Counted from the first letter of the stretch, positions 54,673 through 62,530 are shown. The stretch: 64,000 nt of DNA from Octopus sinensis (GCF_006345805.1 NC_043002.1:85746001-85810000); one strand, 5' to 3'. Notes: generated from the letters alone by a model not told the origin. Numbers and translations are program-made.

Positions 54673-57600
54673 GTTGTTGTTATTGAGTGAGAGAGTAGTG
54701 CATGCCAACAAAGTGACACTGCAGTAAAATATACAAAGCCCAGTATACCCATCATGACTACCCATCTGATAAGGGTACGCCAGGCATATGCATCACAACC
54801 ATATGTGTGTGACATAGTGATCTCATATCAAGATAAATAGCACATGACTTTGCAGGTGGGACCCAGTTAGAACTTTCTTCAGGTCGAGTAGCCCAGTCCA
54901 TTCAAATGGTCCTTGAACAAGAGTTGTTTAAGGATGTTGAATGAAACGCCCATGTTTCCAGAGGTGAGTTATTCAAATTCCAAATAATTTCTCTCAATAC
55001 ATGGCTATGGTGCTCCCCCACTACTTCTGCTCATGATTAGAAATGCACATATCATCAACCAGTAAGGGACATGCTCAACTGATTAACCCTTTCATTACCA
55101 ATCCGGCTGAAACCGGCTCTGGCTCTGAGTACAAATGTCTTGTTTTCATAAGTTTTGAATTAAAATCTTCCACCAAACTTTAGTCACAATTTATGTTTTT
55201 AATACTAGCTGAATGATAACTAAGTTATTTCACTTAATTCTTTGTTATATTTAAAGTAATTGAAAAAAACACAGAGTATCTCAAAATAAATACAGTAACG
55301 AAAGGGTTAAGGTCAAACCACTGACAAGCAAATCTGTGGTATTGAGCAGAATATTCGCTGTAGCCCATCTTTTATACCAAGACAAAACAATGTACATGAT
55401 AACACTTCCAATCGGTTATGATCAGAAGCCATCAGAGCCACTGCCTGTGCCTAGCTGACTTATGCTCATGTTACTCCCTAGCTTAGAACACTCAATCTCC
55501 CATATATAATATAGCAACATTAGGCATAGGATAATTTTTTGATACATTTAAAAGTAAAAACATGCACATCTTATATGCTGGCAAATGTGGTAATTAAAAA
55601 TTAACTGGAAGCACACACAGGGGAAGTGACACTGAACTTTAGCAAATGTGATAACAACTCTAAGTATTATTATTTTATTATTATATTTATTATTATTATA
55701 ATTTTACCGGTGAGTGTGTTAAATTATAAGGTACAAAAAGAAAATGACTCTCCCCAGACACAACTCTAAGCATATTATTCTGAAATTTGTTCCATTTAAT
55801 GTTTCTGTTCCTTCAAACATTTCATTTATTTGTTTTGTTTTGTTTGTTTTTTTAAAGTTATTTTATCTTGCTTCCACCAACTTCAAAATACCAATTATAC
55901 TGACATCATCATCAGCAGCAGCATCATTTAATGTCCACTTTTTATGCTGGCATGGGTTGGACAGTTTGACATGGAGCTGGCCAACTGGGAGCTGTCCAGA
56001 CTCCAATTGTCTGTTATGGCATGGTTTCTATAGCTGAATGCCCTTCCTATAATGCCAACCACTTTACAGAGTGTGCTGGGTGCTTTTTACATACCATTGG
56101 CTAGGGTGCATATACACAGCACCAGTATAGGTGCTTTTTATGTAGCACCATCAGCACCTGAAAGGACAAGCTTGTCTGTGTGGAACACAGCGATTTTACT
56201 TAGCTTGATGTGTCTTATCAAGTACAGCAAATCACCTCTTCTCCTGCTCACTTGTCATTTCCTCAGTGAGGTCAACCAATAAGAAAGCTTTTATGTGCTT
56301 GTCTAACCTGTTAGAAACTGCAGACAAAATCTCCCTCAAATCACATTCTTCTTTCTTAAAAAAAAAGGAAGAATAACCCTAACCCTTTCCCAAGATGTTA
56401 CAACAAGCAGCTAACCCATCCTATCCTGTTATGGGTGTCCTGTTTACTAAGTGAAATGTTCTCAAGTGTGTCAAAGCCTTTCATCATCATCATCATCGTT
56501 TAATGTCCGTTCTCCATGCTAGCATGGGTTGGATGGTTCGACCGGGGATCTGGGAAGCCAGAAGGCTGCATCAGGCTCCAATCTGATCTGGCAGTGTTTC
56601 TACAGCTGGATGCCCTTCCTAACACCAACCACTTCGTGAGTGTAGTGGGTGCTTTTTACATGCCACCTGCACAGGTGCCAGGCGAGGCTGGCAATGGCCA
56701 AAATTAGATTGGTGCATTTTACGTGCCACCTGCACGGAAGCCAGTCAAGGTGGCGCTGGCATCGGCCACGATTTGGATGGTGCTTTTTACGTGCCAACGG
56801 CACGGAAGCCAGTCATGGCGGCGCTGGCATCGCCAGCAAACATTTTCCTTCAATTGATATGTCTGTATATTTTACATTTTACCTGTGAGAAATTATGATT
56901 TTGAATACAAATTAATGAAACTTAATTCAACTGTGTTTTCAAGGAAAATCTATAGAACACATAGGATGATGATGTAAAACTTTTTACATCATCAGGCCTG
57001 AGCTCTAAAACATATTTCATTTGTGCATAGCAGTATGAACTGTTCCTGCAGGAATGAGCTGTAAGGCATACTTCAGCTTTGATTGCAGAGATAAACTCTA
57101 GAACATATTTCAGCTATGCCTATATGTCTGAGTCATAGAAGAAAAAAGGATGAGTCTATCACTCAAAGGTTTTCAGTTAAAAAGCAAAACAACCATAGTT
57201 GTTGTTCTTTTTTTTTCTTTTCTTTTTTTTTTTAGATATTTGGGCAATATACTTAATTTTGCATAGCTCAGATCACATGGCTGTTGGAAATAATTATGTT
57301 ATGTAGAATATATGATTATTCAACCTGCTAAAAAATGCAATGAGATCTCCCTCAAATATTACATACTTCTGTCTTTTAAAAAAAATAACACTTTGAAAAA
57401 TGTAATCATAGATACACTATTCTTGAAAACCAAGCTGAGATAGTTACAGCTGGAATACTTTTAATCGTAAGTCTACTCAATCAACCTGGATGTTCTACTG
57501 GATTAAAGGTGAGGATGGGGTAGAAAGGGTATTTGTGTCTGCTTGAAACTACAGTAGCACTTCAAAATAATTAGCAAAAGCTTAGTGCATGCTACAAAGT

Positions 57601-60600
57601 CATACACATTTGTTAGTGACAGCTTTGGTTTGTTTGGGTTTGGGTGCCAAATCAGGGCTGACCTGAGGTTAAATAACATTATAAGGTAAGCTGGTAATAC
57701 ATTCAGGTAGAGAAAGCAGCAAACTCATAGTGCATTTCTTCAACTTTACATTCTGGATTCAAATCTTGCTGAGGTCGACTTTGTCTTTCTTCCTTTCAGG
57801 ATCAATAAAATATGTATCTATTTCTTTACTACCCACAAGGGGCTAAACACAGAGGGGACAAACAAGGGCAGACAAACGGATTAAGTCGATTATTTCGACC
57901 CCAGTGCGTAACTGGTACTTAATTTATCGACCCCGAAAGGATGAAAGGCAAAGTCGACCTCGGCGGAATTTGAACTCAGAACATAAAGGCAGACGAAATA
58001 CGGCTACGCATTTCGCCCGGCATACTAACGTTTCTGCCAGCCCGCCACCTTATCAGGATCAGTAAAATAAGTATCATTTGCACACTGGGGTTGATGTAAT
58101 CAGTTAGTTCACTCACTCAAATTTCAGGCCTTGTGCCAATAGTAGAAAGGATTATATTAAGGTAGAAATTTACCTCCCATATTCTGTAAACATCACCTCT
58201 TGAAAGAAATATTTCAAGAAGTAGTGAGGGGTGCCCATATTCAAACTAAATATGAGAAACATTCATGGGTTTGTAAAATCTTTACAGTATAGACATGTGA
58301 ATGTGTTGGATAGAATACCTCACAGTATTTTATCCAACTGTCTTCACTCCAGATTTAAATCCTGCTGAAGTCAACTATGCCATTCATACTTTTGGAGTTG
58401 ATAAAATAAAGCACCAATCCAAGATGTTGGATTGGTGGAACTATTAGCAGGTTAGGCAAGGAGCTCATTACATTTTGACAGCAAACCTCTGTGGCAACAC
58501 AGGTGCCAAACTGTATAGGTTCAAGTTGGAAGCCTTTCCCTTGGATAAGTATTGGTAGGTGGAGCATGGAGACTTGCATGCATGGATAACTACTAGTCTT
58601 CCTCCCCCAAAAAATCTTGCACTTGCCTGCAGATGCATGGTCAATATTAACTGATGGAAGCCCTACAAACTTAGGTAAACTTGATCAGTGAGAATTTGAA
58701 GATTTTTGCCAAGAATGAAAAACATACTTGGTGCTTCAAACCATCAACTTTTTAAATTCAGTTCTTGTATATGAAATCACTTAAGTGAATTTGGTAAGTT
58801 ATAAGGCGGCGAGCTGGCAGAAATGTTAGCACACCGGGTGAAATGCTTAGCAGTATTTTGACTGCCGCTACATTCTGAGTTCAAATTCCGCCAAGGTCGA
58901 CTTTGCCTTTCATCCTTTTGGGGGTCGATTAAATAAGTACCAATTACGCACTGGGGTCGATATAATCGACTTAATCCGTTTGTCTGTCCTTTTTTGTCTT
59001 CTCTGTGTTTAGCCCCTTGTGAGTAGTAAAGAAATAGGTAAGTTATAATAGTGCAAGCATGCTTGTATGGTTTAGAAGGTTTCTTCTTAACCAGACAGCC
59101 ATGTGGTTTCAGGTTCAGTTTCACAGTGCAGCATCTTAAATTAGTGTCTTCTATTAGCTTCAGCTGCAATTAGGGATGGTTTGTATAGTAATAACAGAAG
59201 GTATTTGCCGAGACTATTCATACACACGAATCAAAAAAAATCAGTTTTCAGTAATATAAAGTTACTAATAACATTAACAAGCAGCTTTTATTCTAATAGT
59301 AGTTTCAATTTACTAAAACTATTCTTCTCTTTGTATTTCAATTTCTCTACATATTTTTTGTGCTAGTCACCAAATTCAAATTACCTCAAGTACTTAGAAC
59401 TATCCTTAATTTCCTTTCTTATAAACTTTTCTCTTGTAATTCTATTCCTTTACTTTTCACTCTGTTTTATTTTGTTTCAGTTTTTTTTTTTTTTTTTTTT
59501 TTATCATTGACAGAATTAAAGCATTTTCCAATCCCAATATCTATCTCAATATCTTCTCTGAAACCATACACTATTTTTATTGTTGAATCCGTTTGATCTG
59601 CACCATTTTTCTACTTATTCAAATCATCTAAAATGAAAATCAGTTGATATTATACAACTTCTCTCTCAAAGAATGACAATATCTTGCTTTTTTTGTTTTG
59701 TTTTGTTAGTATTCTTCTTTCTTATGTTTTCTTTCTGCTTCTTTTGTTTTCCTTTTCATCCACTTTTAAGTCTTCTTCAGCTTTTACTTCTACATATCCT
59801 CATGCATTTCCACCTCATTTTCTGCTCTTTTTCTTTTGGTCTCCCTCACATTTTCTCTTCTCCACCACTTCCTCCCCTTCTGCCTCATTTTCCTCTTTTT
59901 TCTCTTATTCCTCCCCTTCTGCCTCATTTTCCTCTTCCTCCTCTTGTTCCTCCCCTTCTGCCTAATCTTCTTCCTCCTCTTCTGCCTCATCTTCTGCCTC
60001 CACTATCTCCACTTCTGCCTCCTCTTCCACCTCATCTTCTTCCTTTTTTGCCTCATCTATCTCCTCTTCCATTTCATCTATCTCCTCTTCTGCCTCATCT
60101 TCTGTCTACTCTTCTGCCTTTTCCTCACCCTTGTCTTCTGCCTCTTCCACTTCCTCTCCTGCTTCTGCTTCCCTCTCTTCCACTTCCCCTTCTTCCTCTT
60201 CCTCGCCTTCCTCATCTTCCTTGTCCTCCTCATCCTTGTCTTCTGCCTCTTCCTCCTCCTCATCTTCCACATCATTATCATATTCATTCCCCTCCTCCTT
60301 TGCCTCCATTTTTATCTTCTACCACTTCTCTTTCTGCTACCACCCCCATCTTTTCCATATTTTTTTCTCTGCTGATACCATGTAACTTAACATGAAATTT
60401 AGCTATAGTCCTCCTATATGCTTGAAGTTCAAATCTCACTGAAATAGGTCTTGCCTTGCATTGCTCCTGGATAATAAGTATCATTCAGTTGGTACTCATT
60501 TTCAGATGAGTGGACAGCAGCAATATAAATGAAGTGCCTTGCTCAAGAAGACAATGTGCTGTTTTGCCCAGGATTTCAAATCCATGACCTTATGATCATG

Positions 60601-61876
60601 AACTCAGCACCCTAACCACTCATCCACATGCCTTTACATGTATGTATGTATGTATGTATGTATTTACATCTGTCCGTCTGTTTATATTCTGGGTTCATAT
60701 TTCACTTAGGTCAACTTTGCCTTTCATATCTCCAGGGTCAGCAAGATAAAGTACTAGTCAAATATTGAGATCACTGTACCCAACTAACCCTCTCCACTAC
60801 ATCTTCCCTTGGAATTGATGGCCTAGTGCCAAAATTTGAAACCATTATTGTTGTTGTCGTTGTTAAGCAACAAGATGGGTAAGGGTGATTAGGTAATGGT
60901 CTAGGGCTTAGGGGGCGGGAGACCGCAGACCTTGGAAAAAAAAAACTTTGGTCATCTTGTTGTAGTCAAGGGCTCTTCGTTGATGCCCGACACCACTGGG
61001 AGGTGGCCCTCGAAGTCGCTGGAAATGGAGATCTCCAGGTTCAAATTCTTGAATGGCTGCTGTTGCTGCTACTGCTGCTTTTGCAGTGAGCTGGAAGAAT
61101 CGCTTGCATGCCAAGCCAAATACTAAGCAGTATTTCATCCACTTTTACATCCTCAGTTCAATTTTCATCAAGGTTGATTTTGCCTTTTATCCTTTCTCCT
61201 TAATTATTAGCATTATGCGGAAAAAAAACTGGCCCTCCATCAGTTACAAGAGCTCCAGTTAATCTGATCTGATCTACAGAACAGCCTGCTCATAAAATTA
61301 ACATGCAAGTGGCTGAGTACTCCACAGACACATGTACCCCTAATGTAGTTCTCAGGAAGATTCAGCGTAATACATAATGTAACAAGGCTGGCCCTTTGAA
61401 ATCCAGGTACTACTCATTTTTGCCAGCTGAGTGGACTGGAGCTACATGAAATTGTCTTCCTCAGGGACAAAATGCACAATCAGAAATCAAGCCTACTGTT
61501 CTAAATCAGGAACCATTAAAAGCAGCAAGCTGGCAGACTCATTAGAACACTGGAAAAAGTATTTTGTAGTATTTCTTCAGGTACTTTACATTCTCAGATC
61601 AAACCCTGTTGCAGTCAACTTTGCCTTTCATCCTCACAATGGACGTGGCCAATAAAATAAAGTACCTGTCAAGTACAGGGATCAATAGTATCAACTATAC
61701 CCACTCCCATAAAAATTGTTGGTCTTGTACTTAATTCAGAAACCATTGTTCTTGTTGTAATTATTGTTCCTCTTATTTAAACTATTGCAGGTTACCTCGG
61801 AAATTCATCGTGACAGGGTGTTTGATAATTGGTGGTGCCTGCTGTATAACTGCACAACTCATACCAACAATCCAAA
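17194..61876 (+). CDS. SLC22-family (organic cation/anion transporter-like, MFS) gene; six coding exons in window, 3' exons lie beyond the window
   Basis: Manual splice reconstruction: 447+231+197+237+135+86 nt, phases 0,0,2,2,2,1, all GT-AG, no internal stops. SLC22 hallmarks: N-terminal LGDPGRFQ, large Cys/N-glycan loop ending WTIIAE-WDLICNR, ADKFGRKP, RFLTG, ELY..KYR, PESLRWL, YYG.S..I.NL.GN.YLN. No specific orthologue can be assigned. Confidence 0.95.
18045..18380 (-). pseudogene. Dong/R4-type non-LTR retrotransposon fragment (C-terminal to the RT core)
   Basis: EYFQRL...GRNKIQAVNTW...YGAGIIN...ELMSMDTKTQKLLTVHGAFQPKTDTDRLYLSRRKGGRGLISCHNCVEAEE; the HP(K)..DRLY..R..GGRGL signature of RLE-type LINEs. 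Starts next to an (AAT)n tract. Confidence 0.85.
18440..18650 (-). mobile_element. Dong/R4-type 3' end with (AAT)n tail, embedded in an (AAT)n array
   Basis: YSDKYITKTPGLTNIYNIQKIALLGTAHILRKTLSI* followed by a ~90-nt 3' UTR and (AAT)n. Confidence 0.85.
19414..19719. mobile_element. hAT-type MITE with degenerate 8-bp TSD
   Basis: TIRs cagtggtttccaaa / tttgggaatcacta (11/14 match); flanks atgcaagt / atgtaggt (6/8 match). Confidence 0.7.
19961..20170 (+). mobile_element. SINE family C, young subfamily, inserted in a (GGT)n tract
   Basis: ggtgagctggcagaaacg head, gacttcgcctttcatcctttcgggg central domain, 3' end gggtagtaaagaaatag. More than 25 older, mostly (ATT)n-tailed family C copies or fragments occur across the window. 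Confidence 0.82.
22677..23002. mobile_element. Merlin-like MITE, one end truncated, with internal (CCCTAA)n
   Basis: Starts ggatcttttcggtttgaac; its interior is the reverse complement of 33065-33426. Confidence 0.65.
23518..23774. repeat. Palindromic MITE-like element (~110-bp arms)
   Basis: ttttctttttgtgccttataatttaacacactcaccagtaaaatttccac pairs with gtggaaattttactggtgagtgtgttaaattgtaaggcacaaaaagaaaa; a half copy lies at about 55700-55770. Confidence 0.85.
24007..24413 (-). mobile_element. SINE family B, full length, upstream of exon 2
   Basis: Complete head, CORE-like segment and tail. Confidence 0.87.
24681..24911 (+). CDS. SLC22-like coding exon 2 (TM2-TM4)
   Basis: tttatttcag|TGG GAT CTA (WDLICNRSY...LADKFGRKPV...RFLTGICIQ)|gtaaga; 231 nt, phase 0-0. 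Confidence 0.95.
25264..25683 (-). mobile_element. SINE family B, full length, downstream of exon 2
   Basis: Very similar to 24007-24413, same orientation. Confidence 0.87.
25775..26050 (+). mobile_element. CR1/L2-like LINE 3' fragment
   Basis: FVLRMVDAWNKLPMSILSC..TTPFKTSIFSEIHQQYT, then gtgcacctgagcactgtata, shared with 53121-53440. Confidence 0.7.
26360..26560 (-). mobile_element. Penelope-like fragment with a degenerate minimal hammerhead motif
   Basis: - strand CTTT-CTGTAGA-A-GAGC GTAG GCTC-AAAA-CGTA-AAAG at 26471-26505; stems I and II pair, two core substitutions. Confidence 0.5.
27672..27892. mobile_element. piggyBac-type MITE
   Basis: Right end gctaaaggg|ttaa, degenerate left end; same family as 46162-46388. 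Confidence 0.7.
28580..28772 (-). mobile_element. Partial copy of the (AAT)n-associated ~560-bp element
   Basis: Matches the internal part of 29751-30309 and directly abuts (ATT)n. Confidence 0.75.
29751..30309 (-). mobile_element. ~560-bp non-coding (AAT)n-flanked element, full length
   Basis: tgagcgagagagcagtgcatgccatcaaagtgacact ... gtactgcatcagggcattt, with (ATT)n on both sides. Confidence 0.8.
30354..30884 (-). mobile_element. Second, tandem copy of the (AAT)n-flanked element (small internal deletion)
   Basis: Same termini as 29751-30309, separated from it by ~45 bp of (ATT)n. Confidence 0.8.
31391..31587 (+). CDS. SLC22-like coding exon 3 (TM4-TM6); not in the ORF track
   Basis: ctttgtctag|GGT CTT CAA (GLQTTTFVMTMELYLTKYRARAG...LRNWRHLQMAISLPSLLAIPYI)TT|gtaagt; 197 nt, phase 0-2. 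Confidence 0.93.
31750..31865 (-). mobile_element. 3' half of a hammerhead-bearing SINE-like element
   Basis: - strand AGGGTATATCAGCCGAAACATTGTGTTAACAATAAACAAGATGAAGAC... Confidence 0.65.
32067..32283 (+). mobile_element. tRNA-headed SINE-like element with the 5' half of a hammerhead ribozyme
   Basis: A box TGGTGTAGTGG, B box GTTCAATTC, (AAT)n spacer, GACAC-CTGAAGA-A-GGCTG-GAGGGT, then a deletion, then the tail shared with 31750-31865. Confidence 0.65.
32286..32425. mobile_element. Mariner-type MITE
   Basis: TIRs gttgtcccaaaagtttgta / tacgaacttttgggacaac with TA at the flanks. Confidence 0.7.
33065..33426. mobile_element. Merlin-like MITE with perfect 8-bp TSD, nested in a family C SINE
   Basis: TIR GGATCTTTTCG / CGAAAAGATCC; GAAAAATG at both 33057-33064 and 33427-33434; internal ttagggttaaggttagg. 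Confidence 0.75.
33745..34176 (+). mobile_element. SINE family B, full length
   Basis: ggagtggctgtgtggta head through gaaacaagtaaaagagta tail. Confidence 0.87.
34480..34910. repeat. (GAT/GGT/GCT)n array with a higher-order ~80-95-bp unit
   Basis: ggtgataacga.aatgatgatgatgaagactgatgaca occurs three times. Confidence 0.9.
35205..35470. repeat. (CAT/CAC)n array
   Basis: Directly visible. Confidence 0.93.
35683..35889 (-). mobile_element. SINE family C, young subfamily, head truncated
   Basis: ttctttactacccacaag...aatttgaactcaga. Confidence 0.8.
36359..36715 (-). mobile_element. SINE-like family A
   Basis: Same core plus internal repeat units. Confidence 0.8.
37635..37759 (-). mobile_element. 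Short Dong/R4-type 3' end (a different family) between (ATT)n tracts
   Basis: AQLGTS*ILRMVL resembles the ALLGTARILRKVL C-terminus of RLE-type LINEs. Confidence 0.55.
37783..38127 (-). mobile_element. Dong/R4-type 3' end in an (AAT)n array
   Basis: IIPVVIGALGMIAKGAECYLTQIPGNPKMAEIQKIVLMGTAHILCKILSM*, then 3' UTR and (AAT)n. Confidence 0.85.
38987..39375 (-). mobile_element. SINE family B
   Basis: Full head and tail. Confidence 0.85.
39550..39930 (+). mobile_element. SINE-like family A
   Basis: ggaagggcatc.agctgtagaaac core and (GAT)n tail. Confidence 0.8.
39981..40638. mobile_element. ~410-bp foldback element (arms ~200 bp, 9-nt loop) with a SINE in its right arm
   Basis: Inverted symmetry from tatcaaatacacatacacaaggtatg (39981) to cataccttgtgtatgtgtgtttgata (40638); centre cttgtc-tatgatact-gacaag at about 40182-40202. 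Confidence 0.85.
40298..40532 (-). mobile_element. SINE family C, young subfamily, 13-bp TSD
   Basis: gtgctttaatacc at both 40285-40297 and 40533-40545. Confidence 0.88.
41545..41904 (-). mobile_element. Tc1/mariner 5' remnant with decayed transposase N-terminus; invisible in the ORF track
   Basis: TA + CAGGGTGCATAAGG terminus at 41904-41889. ATG at 41810: MADPHLTQEMKRHAVIMVIKAENSDLEISRLLKVARSF/VYKVCNELE...IRTPEFIQQVQ. Confidence 0.78.
43483..43868 (+). mobile_element. SINE family B
   Basis: CORE-like segment and tail. Confidence 0.82.
44395..44610. mobile_element. Unclassified ~215-bp repeat bounded by (CAG/AAC)n
   Basis: Reverse-complement copy at 60849-61078 has the same termini. Confidence 0.7.
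45076..45312 (+). CDS. SLC22-like coding exon 4 (PES motif + central cytoplasmic loop)
   Basis: tctttccag|C ATA ATT CCA GAG TCT CTG CGG TGG (IIPESLRWLLLRG...DIFSKPNIRKISIIMFLL)TG|gtaagt; 237 nt, phase 2-2. Confidence 0.94.
45344..45762 (-). mobile_element. SINE family B, just downstream of exon 4
   Basis: Diverged but full-length. Confidence 0.78.
46162..46388. mobile_element. piggyBac-type MITE with TTAA TSD
   Basis: ttaa|cccttcagcac ... tgttaaaggg|ttaa; interrupts another repeat (gaaatag.a.ccaaatct...gaatgcctttgatcata family). Confidence 0.8.
47533..47613 (-). pseudogene. tRNA-Leu(TAG)-like pseudogene
   Basis: GGTATCTTGACTAAGTGGTTTGAGGCACTGGT-TT TAG GT-ACCAATCTCGCTGGACGTATAGGTTCAAATCCCA; long variable arm; acceptor stem does not pair. 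Confidence 0.6.
47655..48510 (+). pseudogene. RTE-clade LINE fragment (EN-RT linker and RT start)
   Basis: RPRVTW..NNEV..IKEKR..; EMQFGFVPGRSTTD.IF.VR; YMTFVDLEKAFNRVPCSVIWLSLRKLGINKWLV, with stops and deletions. Confidence 0.9.
48987..49470 (-). mobile_element. SINE-like family A with several internal repeat units
   Basis: Core plus repeated tgctttttac.tgccac units. Confidence 0.8.
50578..50712 (+). CDS. SLC22-like coding exon 5 (TM7-TM8)
   Basis: tttctag|G TTT ACT GCA (FTAALGYYGISLKISNLVGNKYLNLFVGGLLEFIVYLVLFCMIA)CG|gtaagt; 135 nt, phase 2-2. Confidence 0.94.
52532..52873 (+). mobile_element. SINE-like family A
   Basis: Colinear with 39550-39930. Confidence 0.82.
53121..53440 (-). mobile_element. 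CR1/L2-like LINE 3' end with (ATT)n tail
   Basis: KFLVRRVAEVWNKLLASVVCCRSTASFKTSMFPEIRQHYT*; tail appears as (AAT)n on the + strand. Confidence 0.78.
53765..54600 (+). repeat. Head-to-tail array of four family C SINEs separated by (ATT)n tails
   Basis: gagctggcagaat heads at about 53770, 54005, 54120 and 54378. Confidence 0.82.
54684..55446 (-). mobile_element. (AAT)n-flanked ~560-bp element interrupted by a piggyBac MITE
   Basis: Colinear with 29751-30309 on both sides of the insert. Confidence 0.82.
55087..55306. mobile_element. piggyBac-type MITE, TTAA duplicated
   Basis: TIR CCCTTTCATTAC / GTAACGAAAGGG; the empty site ctcaactggttaaggtcaaac is seen in the 30-kb copies. Confidence 0.88.
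56482..56840 (-). mobile_element. SINE-like family A
   Basis: Same core; further copies at about 42875, 43110, 50175 and 55905. Confidence 0.8.
57819..58052 (-). mobile_element. SINE family C, young subfamily, nested in an older family C copy, ~23-bp TSD
   Basis: tcaggatcaataaaatatgtatc (57796-57818) vs tcaggatcagtaaaataagtatc (58053-58075). Confidence 0.85.
58805..59036 (+). mobile_element. SINE family C, young subfamily, 12-bp TSD
   Basis: ggtaagttataa at both 58793-58804 and 59037-59048. Confidence 0.88.
59700..60350. repeat. C/T-rich triplet-periodic low-complexity tract ((GAR)n on the - strand)
   Basis: Includes recurring cctccccttctgcctca units. Confidence 0.85.
60849..61078. mobile_element. 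Unclassified ~215-bp repeat, inverted relative to 44395-44610
   Basis: Direct comparison of the two copies. Confidence 0.7.
61791..61876 (+). CDS. SLC22-like coding exon 6 (TM9); not in the ORF track
   Basis: actattgcag|G TTA CCT CGG AAA (LPRKFIVTGCLIIGGACCITAQLIPTIQ)A|gtaagt; 86 nt, phase 2-1; continues the frame from exon 5. Confidence 0.88.
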
Positions 61877-62054
61877 GTAAGTAGGATTTAGATTTCACAT
61901 TCGTATGACATTAATTTTATACATCTTTAACAATGTAAATGGGATCAGAATGTGTGTGTGTATACAAGAATGTATATATATATATATATATATATATATG
62001 CATACGTACATATATAAATAAATGGATATGTATGTGTGTGAGTATATCATCATT

Positions 62055-62530
62055 CATCATCATCATCATTCATTTAGCGTCCGTTTTCCATGCTAGCATG
62101 GGTTGGACGGTTCAACTGGGGTCTGGGGAGCCCGAAGGCTGCACCAGGCCAGTCAGATCTGGCAGTGTTTCTACAGCTGGATGCCCTTCCTAACGCCAAC
62201 CACTCCGAGAGTGTAGTGGGTGATTTTATGTGCCACCGACACAGGTGCCAGACGAGACTGGCGAACGGCCATGCTTGGATGGTGTTTTTTTATGTGCCAC
62301 CGACACAGGTGCCAGACGAGGCTGGCAGACGGCCACGCTCGGATGGTGTTTTTATGTGCCACCGACACAGGTGCCAGATGAGGCTGGCGAATGGCCACGA
62401 TCGGATGGTGTTTGTTACGTGCCCGCAGCATGGAGGCCAGTCGATGCGGTACTGGCTACGGCCACGTTCGGATGGTTTTCTTGTGTGCCACCGGCACTGG
62501 TACCACAAAGATACAAATTCCATTGATGTT
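62055..62530 (-). mobile_element. SINE-like family A with a ~61-bp unit amplified about 4 times
   Basis: atgtgccaccgacacaggtgccaga.gag.ctggc at about 62229, 62293 and 62354. Confidence 0.82.

Noticed and set aside
59673-60395. 240-aa Pro/Leu-rich and 179-aa Phe/Leu/Cys-rich ORFs
   Set aside because: Alternative frames of a C/T low-complexity tract inside intron 5.
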